Shown here: positions 28,514 through 39,345 of the stretch, piece after piece
How positions within the stretch are numbered: position 1 is the first letter of the stretch
Layout: every line of letters starts with the position of its first letter
Virus record (IMG/VR): IMGVR_UViG_3300022555_000013
Direction: 5' to 3' (one strand)
Length of the DNA: 64,000 bases
Source: an uncultured virus (IMG/VR IMGVR_UViG_3300022555_000013)
Lineage: Duplodnaviria; Heunggongvirae; Uroviricota; Caudoviricetes
Translations under genes and position numbers: made by a program
Notes under the pieces: model-generated
Databases searched by the model: none
What the model was told of the DNA's origin: nothing
Seen by the model: only the letters and a program-made list of their open reading frames with translations

Positions 28514-31336
28514 TTATTTTCTGAAATTATCATTATTTGAAGGCCCGTTCATATCATCCATCATCTGAGATAGCATACCTTTAATTGCGGAAATATCATT
28601 ATAGAATTTATTTCTCTTTTGATCATCATCTTGATCTTTCTTGGTACCAACAGATTTAACTTCTTTGGGTGATACTGCAACCGCAGACGCTTCACCGCCA
28701 CTTGGTTTGCTATAAAATATGCTGGTAATTTTACTTAAAAGATCAGAATCACTTCCATATATCTTCTTTAAAGTATCTTCATTGGCTTTTATTTTATCCA
28801 AAACAACTTGTAACTTAGCATCGTCAATGACACTTAATATCATAAGACCAGAAGAAATTTTGGATAAATTATCGAATGACTTGATATCCCTAAGAGAATC
28901 AGAAAGTTCTCTAAATGATGCTGCCAGCTTCCTAATTTCTTTACTCTTATCTGGAAGTTTATTCAATTGAAAAATAAAACTTTGGAAGTTTACAATAGCC
29001 AATTGTGATATAGGCTGCATTGATCCCAATGATGTTAAAGTTGGTAGTAATAAACGCATACTAACAACAAACGAGTTAACTTTTGAAACATCAAAATCAA
29101 CATCGTCTACAAGTTTTGCCATTTGGGATATAAAATTAACATAGCTATCAACATAAGCTTTAGTTGGAACTGTTGTAAATTTTCCAAGTGATAAAATTAA
29201 GCTTGATTGAACTATGGCATTTGATGCATCTTTTGAAAATTGCTCAAGAGAAACTTTCTTTGTTCCAACAAGAGCACCAATTAAATCAAAGAATCCCATG
29301 GAATTGAAAGTTTTATAGGCTTGAGCCATAGAAACCAAAAAACTACCAACTCCTTCAGAATATTCCTTTTTAGGATATTTTGCGCCAGCCCAATCACCAT
29401 TATTTAGTATACTCCTTGCCACAAGCATAGTATTCGAAGCTGATGCTACAAATTGGTCAAAGTCCTGAGATTTTGACCCAGTAAGGAACGATAAAACCTT
29501 ATTAACCCCTTGAATAGCTGTAATTATTGCATAAGACTTAGCTAATTCAAATAAGAACCCACCAACACCTTCTGCATAATCTTTGGTCGGATATTTTGCG
29601 CTCTTCCAGTCACCTACATTTAATAATGCCCTTGCTGTTATCATTGTTTGTGCGGCTGATACTACGAACTGATTAAAACTTTGGGATTTATCACCAGTTA
29701 CAAATGATAGTACACTATTGAAGCCTTGAATAGCAGTAATTACAGCATACGCACCAGCAAACATAAATAATGCAGTACCGACACCTAATGACCAATCATA
29801 TGACGGGTACCCACCAGCTTTCCAATTACCTTTCTGTAAAACATGTGAAACACTTACCATACTCTGGGCTATGGTTTCTAATGGGTCAGAGCCTGTGAGA
29901 AACTTCATAGCCATCATTGCCACAACTGCTGGTATTGCAAGCACTGATCCAGCAGCAAATGCAAGTAATGAGCCACCAACAGCCCAATCTGGTTTAGGAT
30001 ATCCACTATCAAATTTACCGAGCTGTAATATTTGAGATACCGCAACCATACTTAATGCAATAAGTGGCAATCCAATCAATCCTGTAGCTAAAATACCGAG
30101 CCCAACACCAGTCATACCAACAGCACCAACAACAAGCATTGTCGGTAAAAATAATAATGTTCCCAGACCAACTCCTAATGACCATGATAATGATGGATAC
30201 ACCATTTTATCTGGAAGTAATTGAAATATTTGTGCAACTGCTACAATTGATAATGCAATAAGCGGTAATCCTATTGATCCATAAAATATGTTTTTAAATC
30301 CTATTTTATTAATTGCCCACAATGCTGGGGTAAACATTGCAATTCCAACCCCCATTACAGCACTACCAATTAACACACCTAATGGGTCTTTAAGAGGGAC
30401 AAAGTACTGAAAAATAATGCTTGCTGCTACTATACCACCAGCAATTAATGGAATGGTTATTGGTAATGTTAGCATCTGCTTTGGTGTTATATTTTTTATT
30501 GCTCTAAATGCTAATCCAATACCAAATGCGGCAACACCAAGGGCTACCCCAACAAGTACAATGGACAATGCCTGTTTGAAACTTATTGGTTGAATATCTT
30601 GCAATATTTTAGACGATATTGTCAACCCAATAGAAATTAATGGTAAAACTGTTGGTAATAGTAATATTGAGCTCCAATTTTTTTTAAAATTAATTTTATC
30701 AATAGCTTTCATCATCAACCAAATTGAAACTCCCAACGCAGCAGCAACAAATATCATTGATAACCCCTGTAATAATCCAATTTGTGGAAAATTACTTAAA
30801 ATCAATCCAGACAGAAGTAACCCCGCTGATATAAACATCATAGTTAATGACACAGATGCCGCAACTCTCCAGTTTAAACCTTTAATATCAGATATTTTTT
30901 GAACAGCATAAGATACTGCAACCATTGCAGCAGACAACGCCATAACAGAAAGAAAATCAACTTTACCTACAATTTTAAATGCTAACCCAATTGCTAATAC
31001 TCCACCAGCAATTAACACGATTGTTGATACACCATCAACAATTTTTTTCTTATTACCTCCAATCTGACCAAACATACCAGATTCTTTAGCCTTTCGTATC
31101 TCTTTAATTTCCGTTAAAATATTAGATGTGTCTTGCTTTATTTCTTTGGTCCGTTTATTTACCTCTTTTAAATTCGTAACAATTAGTTGAAGCTCAGATG
31201 GCACATTCTTTAGCATCTCATTAACTGGATCAACTTGACCCTTCTTTTGTTGATCTTTTAACATTTCAACAATTTCTTCAAGTGCGCCTGTGAATGATTG
31301 AAGGCTTTCTATATATTTATCGTCAAGTTTTGACAT
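28514..31336 (-). CDS. large repetitive hydrophobic protein (tape-measure/ejection-like)
   Basis: 940 aa; many hydrophobic helices; repeats LPLIALS and W/F-x3-YP-x3-(W/Y)-x2-GVG. Confidence 0.5.
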   Translation of the reverse strand: MSKLDDKYIESLQSFTGALEEIVEMLKDQQKKGQVDPVNEMLKNVPSELQLIVTNLKEVNKRTKEIKQDTSNILTEIKEIRKAKESGMFGQIGGNKKKIVDGVSTIVLIAGGVLAIGLAFKIVGKVDFLSVMALSAAMVAVSYAVQKISDIKGLNWRVAASVSLTMMFISAGLLLSGLILSNFPQIGLLQGLSMIFVAAALGVSIWLMMKAIDKINFKKNWSSILLLPTVLPLISIGLTISSKILQDIQPISFKQALSIVLVGVALGVAAFGIGLAFRAIKNITPKQMLTLPITIPLIAGGIVAASIIFQYFVPLKDPLGVLIGSAVMGVGIAMFTPALWAINKIGFKNIFYGSIGLPLIALSIVAVAQIFQLLPDKMVYPSLSWSLGVGLGTLLFLPTMLVVGAVGMTGVGLGILATGLIGLPLIALSMVAVSQILQLGKFDSGYPKPDWAVGGSLLAFAAGSVLAIPAVVAMMAMKFLTGSDPLETIAQSMVSVSHVLQKGNWKAGGYPSYDWSLGVGTALFMFAGAYAVITAIQGFNSVLSFVTGDKSQSFNQFVVSAAQTMITARALLNVGDWKSAKYPTKDYAEGVGGFLFELAKSYAIITAIQGVNKVLSFLTGSKSQDFDQFVASASNTMLVARSILNNGDWAGAKYPKKEYSEGVGSFLVSMAQAYKTFNSMGFFDLIGALVGTKKVSLEQFSKDASNAIVQSSLILSLGKFTTVPTKAYVDSYVNFISQMAKLVDDVDFDVSKVNSFVVSMRLLLPTLTSLGSMQPISQLAIVNFQSFIFQLNKLPDKSKEIRKLAASFRELSDSLRDIKSFDNLSKISSGLMILSVIDDAKLQVVLDKIKANEDTLKKIYGSDSDLLSKITSIFYSKPSGGEASAVAVSPKEVKSVGTKKDQDDDQKRNKFYNDISAIKGMLSQMMDDMNGPSNNDNFRK

Positions 31337-31341
31337 CTAAA

Positions 31342-31782
31342 TTAAAGATATTTTTTTGTTCTGGCACCAGCAATATTTGATCTAAATTCTCTTTTAGCTG
31401 GCTGATTTTCTTTTTTTATGGTTTTTATAGACTTATCAAATGTATTAACCAAATTTGTTACCTCATCGGTCTTCTTTTTATATTGATCAATTTTATCAGC
31501 AACTTCTTTTTGATTATCAACCTCAAATCCATCAATTTGCATTTTTTCAATATCAGTTTTAGTTTGGGTTAAATCGGCTCTTTGCTGCTCAACTTCAGTC
31601 TTAATTGCTTCAATATCATCAGTTTGACTTGGTAACGGCTTTACTTGATTTATAATATTTGGTTTTTTAAGTGGCACTTTTTGAGTGGATTGCTTTGTTA
31701 AATAATCACGATACCCACTTGATGTGTTTGGATTATTTTGCACAATGGCACCTTCTAAAAATTGCTGAAAATTAGTTATCAT
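31342..31782 (-). CDS. coiled-coil protein (MITNFQQFLE leader)
   Basis: 146 aa. Confidence 0.75.
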   Translation of the reverse strand: MITNFQQFLEGAIVQNNPNTSSGYRDYLTKQSTQKVPLKKPNIINQVKPLPSQTDDIEAIKTEVEQQRADLTQTKTDIEKMQIDGFEVDNQKEVADKIDQYKKKTDEVTNLVNTFDKSIKTIKKENQPAKREFRSNIAGARTKKYL

Positions 31783-34109
31783 CCGCTATTGGTCATTTTT
31801 TTTATCTGTTCTATATTTTGCATCATTGCATCTTTATTAACCTGTGAATCATTGATATCTTTGGTAAATTTAAGATCAGTTTTATATTTATTTTTTATCT
31901 CTTCTTTTAAATTAGCAATTGTGAAAAAGTTAGTTCCAATAAGATATTTATCAGCAGCAGCTTTAGTTGAAAGTTCAGCCGACATAATAACATTATTTTT
32001 TTCACGATCATTATATATCCATATTGAATCGGCTTTTCCATTAATCATAGCTTCGTGGAATATTAAAAATCTAAGTTCTTTATATTTAGCATTAAGTTGT
32101 GGGGGATCATTTTTTGGAGCATAAAACACCAGCCAAGTTCTTACCCTATCACATCGTGACACCCCATTATTATTTTCAAATGGATTGATCGCTGGAACTA
32201 TACGATTATCTTTAATATCAAAAGTTTCTGTTATACAACAAATAGAAGCTTTTGATGAATCAATTAATCGTTCTATAGCAAAACTATAAAAAACATTATT
32301 ATACTTTAATTGAATAATCCCGAATTTCTTCAAATTTTCAGGTTTAACATTTTGATTCCCTTCAATTTGAATAGATGTTAATATTTGAGCAACTTTAACC
32401 CAATCATTTTCTTCAGATACAAGTTTATCAACTTTAGCATCAAGTTTAGTTGTATCCAAATCCCCAAAATTAGCTTGAAGAATATCAACACTTGGAACAT
32501 ACAATAAATCTTCAAAACTCGCATAAACCTTATTAACAGCCCTTGCCCATCTTAATTTAAATTGATTGTTTATTATCTTTCCTTCTTTATCTGTTAACAA
32601 TTTTTCAGCACTAATAGCTATCATTTTTAAATTATAAGGATTTACGAATTTTGATACTTCTTTTCTTTGATCAACTGGGGTTATGGATTCATATATAAAA
32701 TTTTCAGTTATAGGATTTCCATTAGCATCGTATTTTATATTCCACTCATGATCATTACTCGTATTCCCTGATGCTGGTGGAACTTGAGTTGTAGTATTTG
32801 TTGTTGTAGCTGACGCTGGAGCTGGGGGTGGTGACCATGATGGCTTTCCACCAAGCTTAACAATTTTATCATCTATATAATCTAAAATAGTTTTATTTCT
32901 AAGAATATTATTTTCAACTTCACGCAACTGCTTAGTCCAAGTATTAATATTGGCAATAGCTTTAATTTTATCATCACCTTTTAAATATTGTATATCACGT
33001 TTTGCTTTATTTATCCAACCGCTTAGTGAACGTTTATTTGGATAAAGTCCTTGAAGTGTAGTTGAATATGAATCCCTATTTTGTTCTAAATTAGTCAAAT
33101 TATTGCCAAGCTTATCTACTTCCTCCTTCTGAATTTCAGTCTGATTCCTTGATGTGGATGATGTTGTAGATGTAGTAATCCCAGTTGTTGGAGGTGTTCC
33201 AGTTGTAGTTGTTGTTCCAGTATTTGTTGGAGTAGGAGGAATAGTTGTTGGAGGTATACCTGTTGTTCCAGTTATAGTTGTTGTTCCAGTATTTGTTGGA
33301 TTAATCTGATTATCCTGATCACCACCGCCTTTGGTATTAATCGTCCCTCCTGAGTTGCTGGTACCTTCGGCACCACCAGACTCAACTGGCATATTTTTAA
33401 TAGTTTTCGATATTTCGGCTAAATTTAATTCCCTTAGTAATGTCTTAAATATATCTTCACGATCACCAATTTTCTTTTTATCACGATTTGTTAAAAGATC
33501 ACTAACATTTGCAGTCATTGATAATCCTGGGGTACTTATAGCTGCTGCTCTAACGACATTAACATCACCAGCCTGTGATCGTTCTGGTTTTTTTTGAAAT
33601 GTAGTTGTGCCAATTTCATTTAAAAAATTAAAATAGTTATTTGCGATAAACCTTTCATTTGTTCCGCCCGTTGGATACCAATAATCACGGTCAGGCTGAC
33701 CAGTAGTTGTTCCAGTTGGCACATTAACATCCACAGTACCAGATGTATCTCCAGATGAACTTGATTGTACTTGTGATGTATCATCACCAGCCTCAGCTAC
33801 CGTTGACCCAGATGCTGAGGCTATTTTACCAGTTTTTAAATCTATATTGTGTTCAACACAAAATAAAACAACCCCACGAAGAAGCTCAAGATTCAATTTT
33901 GAAATCAATCTTGCAAAAATATATTCTCTTCTACCCCTTTTAAACAAATCGATTGGGATATTGAACAAACCTTTTGCCAGTTTACCAAGAATAGTATCAC
34001 TTGCTTTTGTTGTTGTTGCAAATCCTTGACCACCACTGGGTCCCCCAACATTTCCACCAATAAACTCATTAAGTTTCTTGAATTCGTTTCTATCGTGAAT
34101 GTTTTGCAT
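31779..34109 (-). CDS. large late protein with T/G/P-rich low-complexity linkers
   Basis: 776 aa; duplicated PTNTGTTT; N-terminal EFKKLNE; internal ITENFIYES. Confidence 0.75.
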   Translation of the reverse strand: MQNIHDRNEFKKLNEFIGGNVGGPSGGQGFATTTKASDTILGKLAKGLFNIPIDLFKRGRREYIFARLISKLNLELLRGVVLFCVEHNIDLKTGKIASASGSTVAEAGDDTSQVQSSSSGDTSGTVDVNVPTGTTTGQPDRDYWYPTGGTNERFIANNYFNFLNEIGTTTFQKKPERSQAGDVNVVRAAAISTPGLSMTANVSDLLTNRDKKKIGDREDIFKTLLRELNLAEISKTIKNMPVESGGAEGTSNSGGTINTKGGGDQDNQINPTNTGTTTITGTTGIPPTTIPPTPTNTGTTTTTGTPPTTGITTSTTSSTSRNQTEIQKEEVDKLGNNLTNLEQNRDSYSTTLQGLYPNKRSLSGWINKAKRDIQYLKGDDKIKAIANINTWTKQLREVENNILRNKTILDYIDDKIVKLGGKPSWSPPPAPASATTTNTTTQVPPASGNTSNDHEWNIKYDANGNPITENFIYESITPVDQRKEVSKFVNPYNLKMIAISAEKLLTDKEGKIINNQFKLRWARAVNKVYASFEDLLYVPSVDILQANFGDLDTTKLDAKVDKLVSEENDWVKVAQILTSIQIEGNQNVKPENLKKFGIIQLKYNNVFYSFAIERLIDSSKASICCITETFDIKDNRIVPAINPFENNNGVSRCDRVRTWLVFYAPKNDPPQLNAKYKELRFLIFHEAMINGKADSIWIYNDREKNNVIMSAELSTKAAADKYLIGTNFFTIANLKEEIKNKYKTDLKFTKDINDSQVNKDAMMQNIEQIKKMTNSG

Positions 34110-34454
34110 TTATCTTATATTTAATTTTTGTATCCTTAACCCGTTATAGGAATACTTTTTTCCATAAAGAACAAAATAATCATCTTCAAATGATAATGGG
34201 CTATATTTACTCTTATCAATGCTTGAATCATAAATAACCTCACCATTTAACGTTAAAGAAAACTTTTTCAATTCCTTAATGTATGATTCGTATAATTCTT
34301 TATTGGACTTAATTATTGGCTTAGAGTCAGGTACTATATCATGTACTATATGAACTAATTCTTCTTCATTACCCTCAACAAAGTCTTCATTAAAGTCTTC
34401 ATTTTTCTTTACTTTCTTCTTTTGGGTATCAGTTTCTTTTTTTAATTCTGACAT
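34110..34454 (-). CDS. hypothetical protein
   Basis: 114 aa after TAATATATA at 34474. Confidence 0.7.
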   Translation of the reverse strand: MSELKKETDTQKKKVKKNEDFNEDFVEGNEEELVHIVHDIVPDSKPIIKSNKELYESYIKELKKFSLTLNGEVIYDSSIDKSKYSPLSFEDDYFVLYGKKYSYNGLRIQKLNIR

Positions 34455-34552
34455 AACTAAAGTTTTTTTGTTTTATATATTAAAAAGAATCAATTCCACG
34501 TGATTTTTACATATATATAAAAAACAAAAACTATTTTTAATATATAGTGCAT

Positions 34553-35311
34553 ATGAAAATACAGAGATTTAATAGGCATAAATTTATGAACGAGCATTTA
34601 AATGAAGGCTCAGAGTTCATGCAATACCAATTTGGTATTGAACCATACGGAACCGCTGGTGGTGGTGGAGCATATCAATTTGCTCAGGACCCACGTGCTT
34701 CATATTTTAATTATCAAGATTCTCCATACACTGATTTTTATGTTAGACAATCTGGATTAGTTGCCAATTTAAATCAGTTAATGAAGAATTTCAGAACTGA
34801 TAGTGATATTATAACAAGAGATGCCGATCCATTCATGGAAGATATCAAAGAGTATACAAATCTTAAAATACTCAGGATATTCGAAAACAATAACTTAAAA
34901 TTAAATGTTTTTATATCATTTGATTTTGACGGAACCGAATATTATGGTGTTTATAAAAACTTCAATGGAATAAGTAGACCTAAACTTGAAAGTGAAATTT
35001 ATTACAATCCAAATCTTCAAGAAAGATTTAGTAACGAATATGCCTTAAAATTAAGCAATTTCTTCTATAAAAAGCTTGAAAGATGGTTTATTCCGAAAAA
35101 AGGATTTTACAAAAACCTGAAAGAAAATAATAGATTAAAAGATAGTATGGGGCAGCTTTACGAAATGAGACGTGATCAAATAGTAGAAGTCCTTGGTTAT
35201 AACTTTACAACTGATAAAAGACCATATGTTAATGTAAAAATTAAAGGTAAAACATATAAAGTGTCAGATAATGACTATTATTTCTTCAAGTGGAGATTTG
35301 AAGAGTGCTAA
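34553..35311 (+). CDS. hypothetical late protein (MKIQRFN...LNE leader)
   Basis: TAATATATA at 34538; ATG at 34553. Confidence 0.75.
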   Translation: MKIQRFNRHKFMNEHLNEGSEFMQYQFGIEPYGTAGGGGAYQFAQDPRASYFNYQDSPYTDFYVRQSGLVANLNQLMKNFRTDSDIITRDADPFMEDIKEYTNLKILRIFENNNLKLNVFISFDFDGTEYYGVYKNFNGISRPKLESEIYYNPNLQERFSNEYALKLSNFFYKKLERWFIPKKGFYKNLKENNRLKDSMGQLYEMRRDQIVEVLGYNFTTDKRPYVNVKIKGKTYKVSDNDYYFFKWRFEEC

Positions 35312-35342
35312 ACTTTTTACTAATATATTCATATAATTCAAT

Positions 35343-37079
35343 ATGATTATTGAATCTATAACTCTCAGAAATTTTAAATCATTTGGTAATAATAAGCAAA
35401 CTGTCAAATTTAGAACAGATAAAGGCGAATTAATATTATTATCTGGTGATAATGGTGCGGGTAAATCATCACTACAGCAATCTTTCGATTTTTCATTCTT
35501 TGGCGTGGTAAGAGGTAAGGACGGTAAAAAAGTACCAGCCAAAATTCTTCCAAATTGGATAAATAATGATCTTGAAACTGAAATTCGTTTCAAAAATATG
35601 TCAATGGATAATATTTATATCCACCGTGAAATGAACTTGAGTAAAGCTTCGGTTGAAGTATTTATAAATGACGATAATAGGTCAAAAACATTTAAGCAAG
35701 AAAAAGAAAAAATAATAGGATACGATTTTGATACTTACAAAAGCTTTATTTCAATGACCGTATCAGATTTTGCTAATTTTATTGATTTGAGCCCAGATGA
35801 AAAAAGAAAAGTTATCAATAAACTTTTTAATTTACAAGACCTCGATAATTATCTTTCGATAACAAACACAATGATAAAGCAAACATCCGAAGAAATTTTA
35901 AAAATTTCCATTCAGGTTGATTCTAACAATAAAGCTATTAATTCGTATAAAGAAAATATCGCCACTATAATCAAAAGTGGAGCAATAGACAAAGAAAAAG
36001 AAGTATTAAAGTTGAGGTCTCAAATTGCAGAAAAAGCTGAAGAATTTAAGCAACTGGCTTCTAATGGGACAAAAATAGAATCCCAGATATTCAAATTAGA
36101 AAAAGAGCGTCAGGACCTCGATAACCAAAAAAACGTATTATCAGAAGCTATAACTGAAAAACGAATTGAACTCAGGCACTTAGACGAAAAACTGGAAATA
36201 TACAGGTCTGGGGTTTGCCCATTGTGCAGCACCGATCTAAAAGATGAAAAGCATCAACATGACTTATCAGATATATTAAATAGTAAAAAAACTATAGAAG
36301 AATCGTTGATAACATCTGAGCATTCAAGATCAGAGCTAATACTAAAAATAACTCAAATATTAAATCAAAAAGATACAGCATCAAAATTAAGAAATAACAT
36401 TGTATTAAAAAGGCAAACACTAAAAACGGAAGCCAATTCTTGTAATGCTAAAATAAAAGAACTTGAAAGTAACGGGTACAGTATCAGTGTTGATGAATTA
36501 AATAAAAATATTAATGAGCTCAAAGAAAAAAATACTGAAAATAATATCAGAATAGATCAATTGACAGCTCAAAATAAACTTCATCAAGATTTACGTGATG
36601 TTTTCTCAAATAAAGGTGTAAGACGCAATATTATTAAAAACATAACCAAACCCATCAATGTGTATTTAAAAGACATTCTGGATGCTCTAAATTCGAAATA
36701 TAACGTAAAAATAGATGAAGAGTTTGAAGTGGAATTATTTGCAAGAATGATAAATAAAATTCATTCCGAAAGTGTATCAATGGGTGAAGCTAAGAAAATA
36801 AACCTTGCAATTGCATTATCATACATTAAGTTAATATTGAAATTTAAAAAATTGAACATTTTATTTTTAGATGAAGTTTTTTCATCATTACAGCCCGAAA
36901 ACGTAGAATTGGCACTAAAAATACTGAAAAGTTTTACAGAAGAATTTAATATAAATATTATTATAGTTGATCCAAAAGTGTACTTCAGGGATGATAAAGA
37001 CTTTGGATATGAACTATTTGATAGAATAATAAAAATAGTCCCAAAATTAACATTCTCAAATATTGAAGAAGAACTTTAA
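35343..37079 (+). CDS. SbcC/Rad50/T4 gp46-like recombination ATPase
   Basis: RNFKSFGN, Walker A GDNGAGKS, zinc hook CPLC, signature SMGE, Walker B LFLDE; AAAC-N18-TATAAT at 35310-35337. Confidence 0.93.
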   Translation: MIIESITLRNFKSFGNNKQTVKFRTDKGELILLSGDNGAGKSSLQQSFDFSFFGVVRGKDGKKVPAKILPNWINNDLETEIRFKNMSMDNIYIHREMNLSKASVEVFINDDNRSKTFKQEKEKIIGYDFDTYKSFISMTVSDFANFIDLSPDEKRKVINKLFNLQDLDNYLSITNTMIKQTSEEILKISIQVDSNNKAINSYKENIATIIKSGAIDKEKEVLKLRSQIAEKAEEFKQLASNGTKIESQIFKLEKERQDLDNQKNVLSEAITEKRIELRHLDEKLEIYRSGVCPLCSTDLKDEKHQHDLSDILNSKKTIEESLITSEHSRSELILKITQILNQKDTASKLRNNIVLKRQTLKTEANSCNAKIKELESNGYSISVDELNKNINELKEKNTENNIRIDQLTAQNKLHQDLRDVFSNKGVRRNIIKNITKPINVYLKDILDALNSKYNVKIDEEFEVELFARMINKIHSESVSMGEAKKINLAIALSYIKLILKFKKLNILFLDEVFSSLQPENVELALKILKSFTEEFNINIIIVDPKVYFRDDKDFGYELFDRIIKIVPKLTFSNIEEEL

Positions 37080-37102
37080 TATATAATGAAAAATGATAAT
37101 TT

Positions 37103-37711
37103 ATGGCTACCAAGAAAACCGATGATAAAACAGAGCCAAGAAGATTCAAATTAATTTCAAGCAGTAGAAGATTAACACTAACCTATGTCGTATTCTTTGT
37201 GTGGGTTGGGCTTGCAATTCTTGGTATGATTCTCAAAACTAACTTAACAGAATTAGCAGTATATTTCACATCTGGATTACCTGTAATATTAGGATACTTA
37301 TGGGCAGAAACAAGCCGACCAAGTAATGAAACTGGAGGCGGGTTAGCACCAAGTGGGCAAGACATTGCTGCCATAATAACCAGCATTAAAAGTGGTCAAC
37401 AATCACAGCAAACACAACAAGCACAGGCTCCACAATATCAGGCTCCACAATATCAGGCTCCACAAACACAAAAACCCAACCAAACATACAACCAACCAGC
37501 GGCTGCTGTAACTAATACGCAAACGGATATGGTTATTTATACTGACGATTTATTGACTCAATTGAAAATATCAAGCATACAATTAACAGCACTTCAAACA
37601 AACGGGTATGTAAATTTTTCAAATGGTAGATATGTGTTTCCAAAAGCAAATCTTGACAGTATCAAATCATTGCTTGGAATTGATGTAAGTTCTCAGGAGC
37701 CGACAATTTAA
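37103..37711 (+). CDS. two-TM membrane protein with Q-rich linker (QAPQY repeats)
   Basis: Two N-terminal hydrophobic helices; late promoter at 37077. Confidence 0.7.
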   Translation: MATKKTDDKTEPRRFKLISSSRRLTLTYVVFFVWVGLAILGMILKTNLTELAVYFTSGLPVILGYLWAETSRPSNETGGGLAPSGQDIAAIITSIKSGQQSQQTQQAQAPQYQAPQYQAPQTQKPNQTYNQPAAAVTNTQTDMVIYTDDLLTQLKISSIQLTALQTNGYVNFSNGRYVFPKANLDSIKSLLGIDVSSQEPTI

Positions 37712-37980
37712 GATTGTTTTTTTATCCATTTAAGATAATTTCGTACTTTTTGGGAAGATAATAATTTAGCTTTGTCATTATAATTCCTTCCCAATTCTTT
37801 TTCTGTAAAAAAATGGTGGATGTTTTTATGACAATCATCGCATAAATCTATTCCGTGAGACCTCATAAAAGCTAAAGTATACAGTTTTCTGAAATATTTA
37901 TTTGTATGTAATGTACGGGGTATAAAATGATGAAAAGTTAATTTTTTTAACCGATCACACAAACCACAATTATCTATCAT
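37708..37980 (-). CDS. small HNH-like zinc-binding protein
   Basis: CGLC...HHFIP...LCDDCHKNIH. Confidence 0.75.
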   Translation of the reverse strand: MIDNCGLCDRLKKLTFHHFIPRTLHTNKYFRKLYTLAFMRSHGIDLCDDCHKNIHHFFTEKELGRNYNDKAKLLSSQKVRNYLKWIKKQS

Positions 37981-38680
37981 TTTTATTTTTGTTTAATTTT
38001 TCCAATTTCATTTTTCTTGAATGGGATTTATTCATAACTTCCACCATTGACTTACGCTTATATGAAAACAGATAAATCAATTCAGCATCATAGTTATACT
38101 CAAATTCTAACCATTCATATCCTACGGGGGTCTTTGAATTAAAATTCATATTGTAAGACATGGCATTCACATAAAAAACATCATCACAATCAATAACATT
38201 AAAAAATCCATCATTAGGATATATAGTGGACGAAATAATTATCCACTTACATTTATTTATAGAGTTCATTTTTGTTTTTACAATATTTAAATTTTTAACC
38301 TCTATTTTAGTTGATTTGAAAATAATATCAAAAAATACTAATGATGGTTGGATTTTAAAAATTGAATTAATATCAGATTGAAGCAATGAATGGAATTCAA
38401 CTACATTGTTGTTTATAAATTCTATTTTTTTATCTGTTTTTCGTACTTTAACTATTTTTGTTGGAATATCCATTTTCAATCTTTCGATTGTAATAATTGA
38501 ATATCGTATCGAAAATACAAAAAATATTATTTTTTTATTTGAATTTTTGGAAACAAAATTGGAAATTATTTCAGATATAACTTGAGTTTTACCAGATTGT
38601 CTGTACCATAAAAGAAGAATCTTATCGTGCTCTTTAAATTTTTTTATTGCATATTTCTGGTACTCTCTTAATTCCACCAA
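37970..38680 (-). CDS. degenerate terminase/SF2-like ATPase N-terminal domain
   Basis: LREYQK, RQSGKT; Walker B FFDI lacks the Glu; ends RKMKLEKL. Confidence 0.55.
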   Translation of the reverse strand: MVELREYQKYAIKKFKEHDKILLLWYRQSGKTQVISEIISNFVSKNSNKKIIFFVFSIRYSIITIERLKMDIPTKIVKVRKTDKKIEFINNNVVEFHSLLQSDINSIFKIQPSLVFFDIIFKSTKIEVKNLNIVKTKMNSINKCKWIIISSTIYPNDGFFNVIDCDDVFYVNAMSYNMNFNSKTPVGYEWLEFEYNYDAELIYLFSYKRKSMVEVMNKSHSRKMKLEKLNKNKNDR

Positions 38681-38722
38681 TGAGTTTTTCTTTTATGTAT
38701 AAGAAAAACACATTTTTGTTTA

Positions 38723-39013
38723 TTATAAATCAAACTTTATGGAATCTGTTTGGATTTTTCTCAAAAATCGTGTTATTTCTTTTTTAGAAGCAATAATTAT
38801 TTCAAGATTAGATATTTTCGTTGGTACTCCACAGCAACCTTCAAGATAAACGAGTGTCGTATCACCTAATAATCTAACAGAGTTATAATGAAGATCACAA
38901 ATAAAACGAATTTTATTAAATCCATCATTTTTTAGAATGACTGGAATATGTAAAGATTTTCCAGATGGATTATGCTTTGGAAGATCAGTTATATTTAACG
39001 AGCGTGTTTTCAT
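38723..39013 (-). CDS. hypothetical protein ending KFDL
   Basis: 96 aa. Confidence 0.65.
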   Translation of the reverse strand: MKTRSLNITDLPKHNPSGKSLHIPVILKNDGFNKIRFICDLHYNSVRLLGDTTLVYLEGCCGVPTKISNLEIIIASKKEITRFLRKIQTDSIKFDL

Positions 39014-39345
39014 TTAGGCTCGTCAATATAATATTCCTCGTAAGTGTTTCCTTTCGGGGCTGTACCTTTTCTCATTTTAACGTTTGGTAATGAAATAAAC
39101 GCCTTAAAATCTTTTTGAGAAATTTCACCACCACTGCGAAAAATATTCCACTTCGAATAGTTAGGGTCAGTTTTACCATTTAAACAACTATCAAGGAATA
39201 TCCGTGGGCGTTTACAAATATCTGGAGTAAATTTTCGAACAAAGTCCTTGCTTATTATAGGAACAGTTGAGTATCCAATAACTTTTACGTGCATAAGGAT
39301 ATCATGTTCACAAACAGTCTTTGCGTCAGGATTAAATTCTTTCAT
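39010..39345 (-). CDS. hypothetical protein
   Basis: 111 aa. Confidence 0.65.
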   Translation of the reverse strand: MKEFNPDAKTVCEHDILMHVKVIGYSTVPIISKDFVRKFTPDICKRPRIFLDSCLNGKTDPNYSKWNIFRSGGEISQKDFKAFISLPNVKMRKGTAPKGNTYEEYYIDEPK

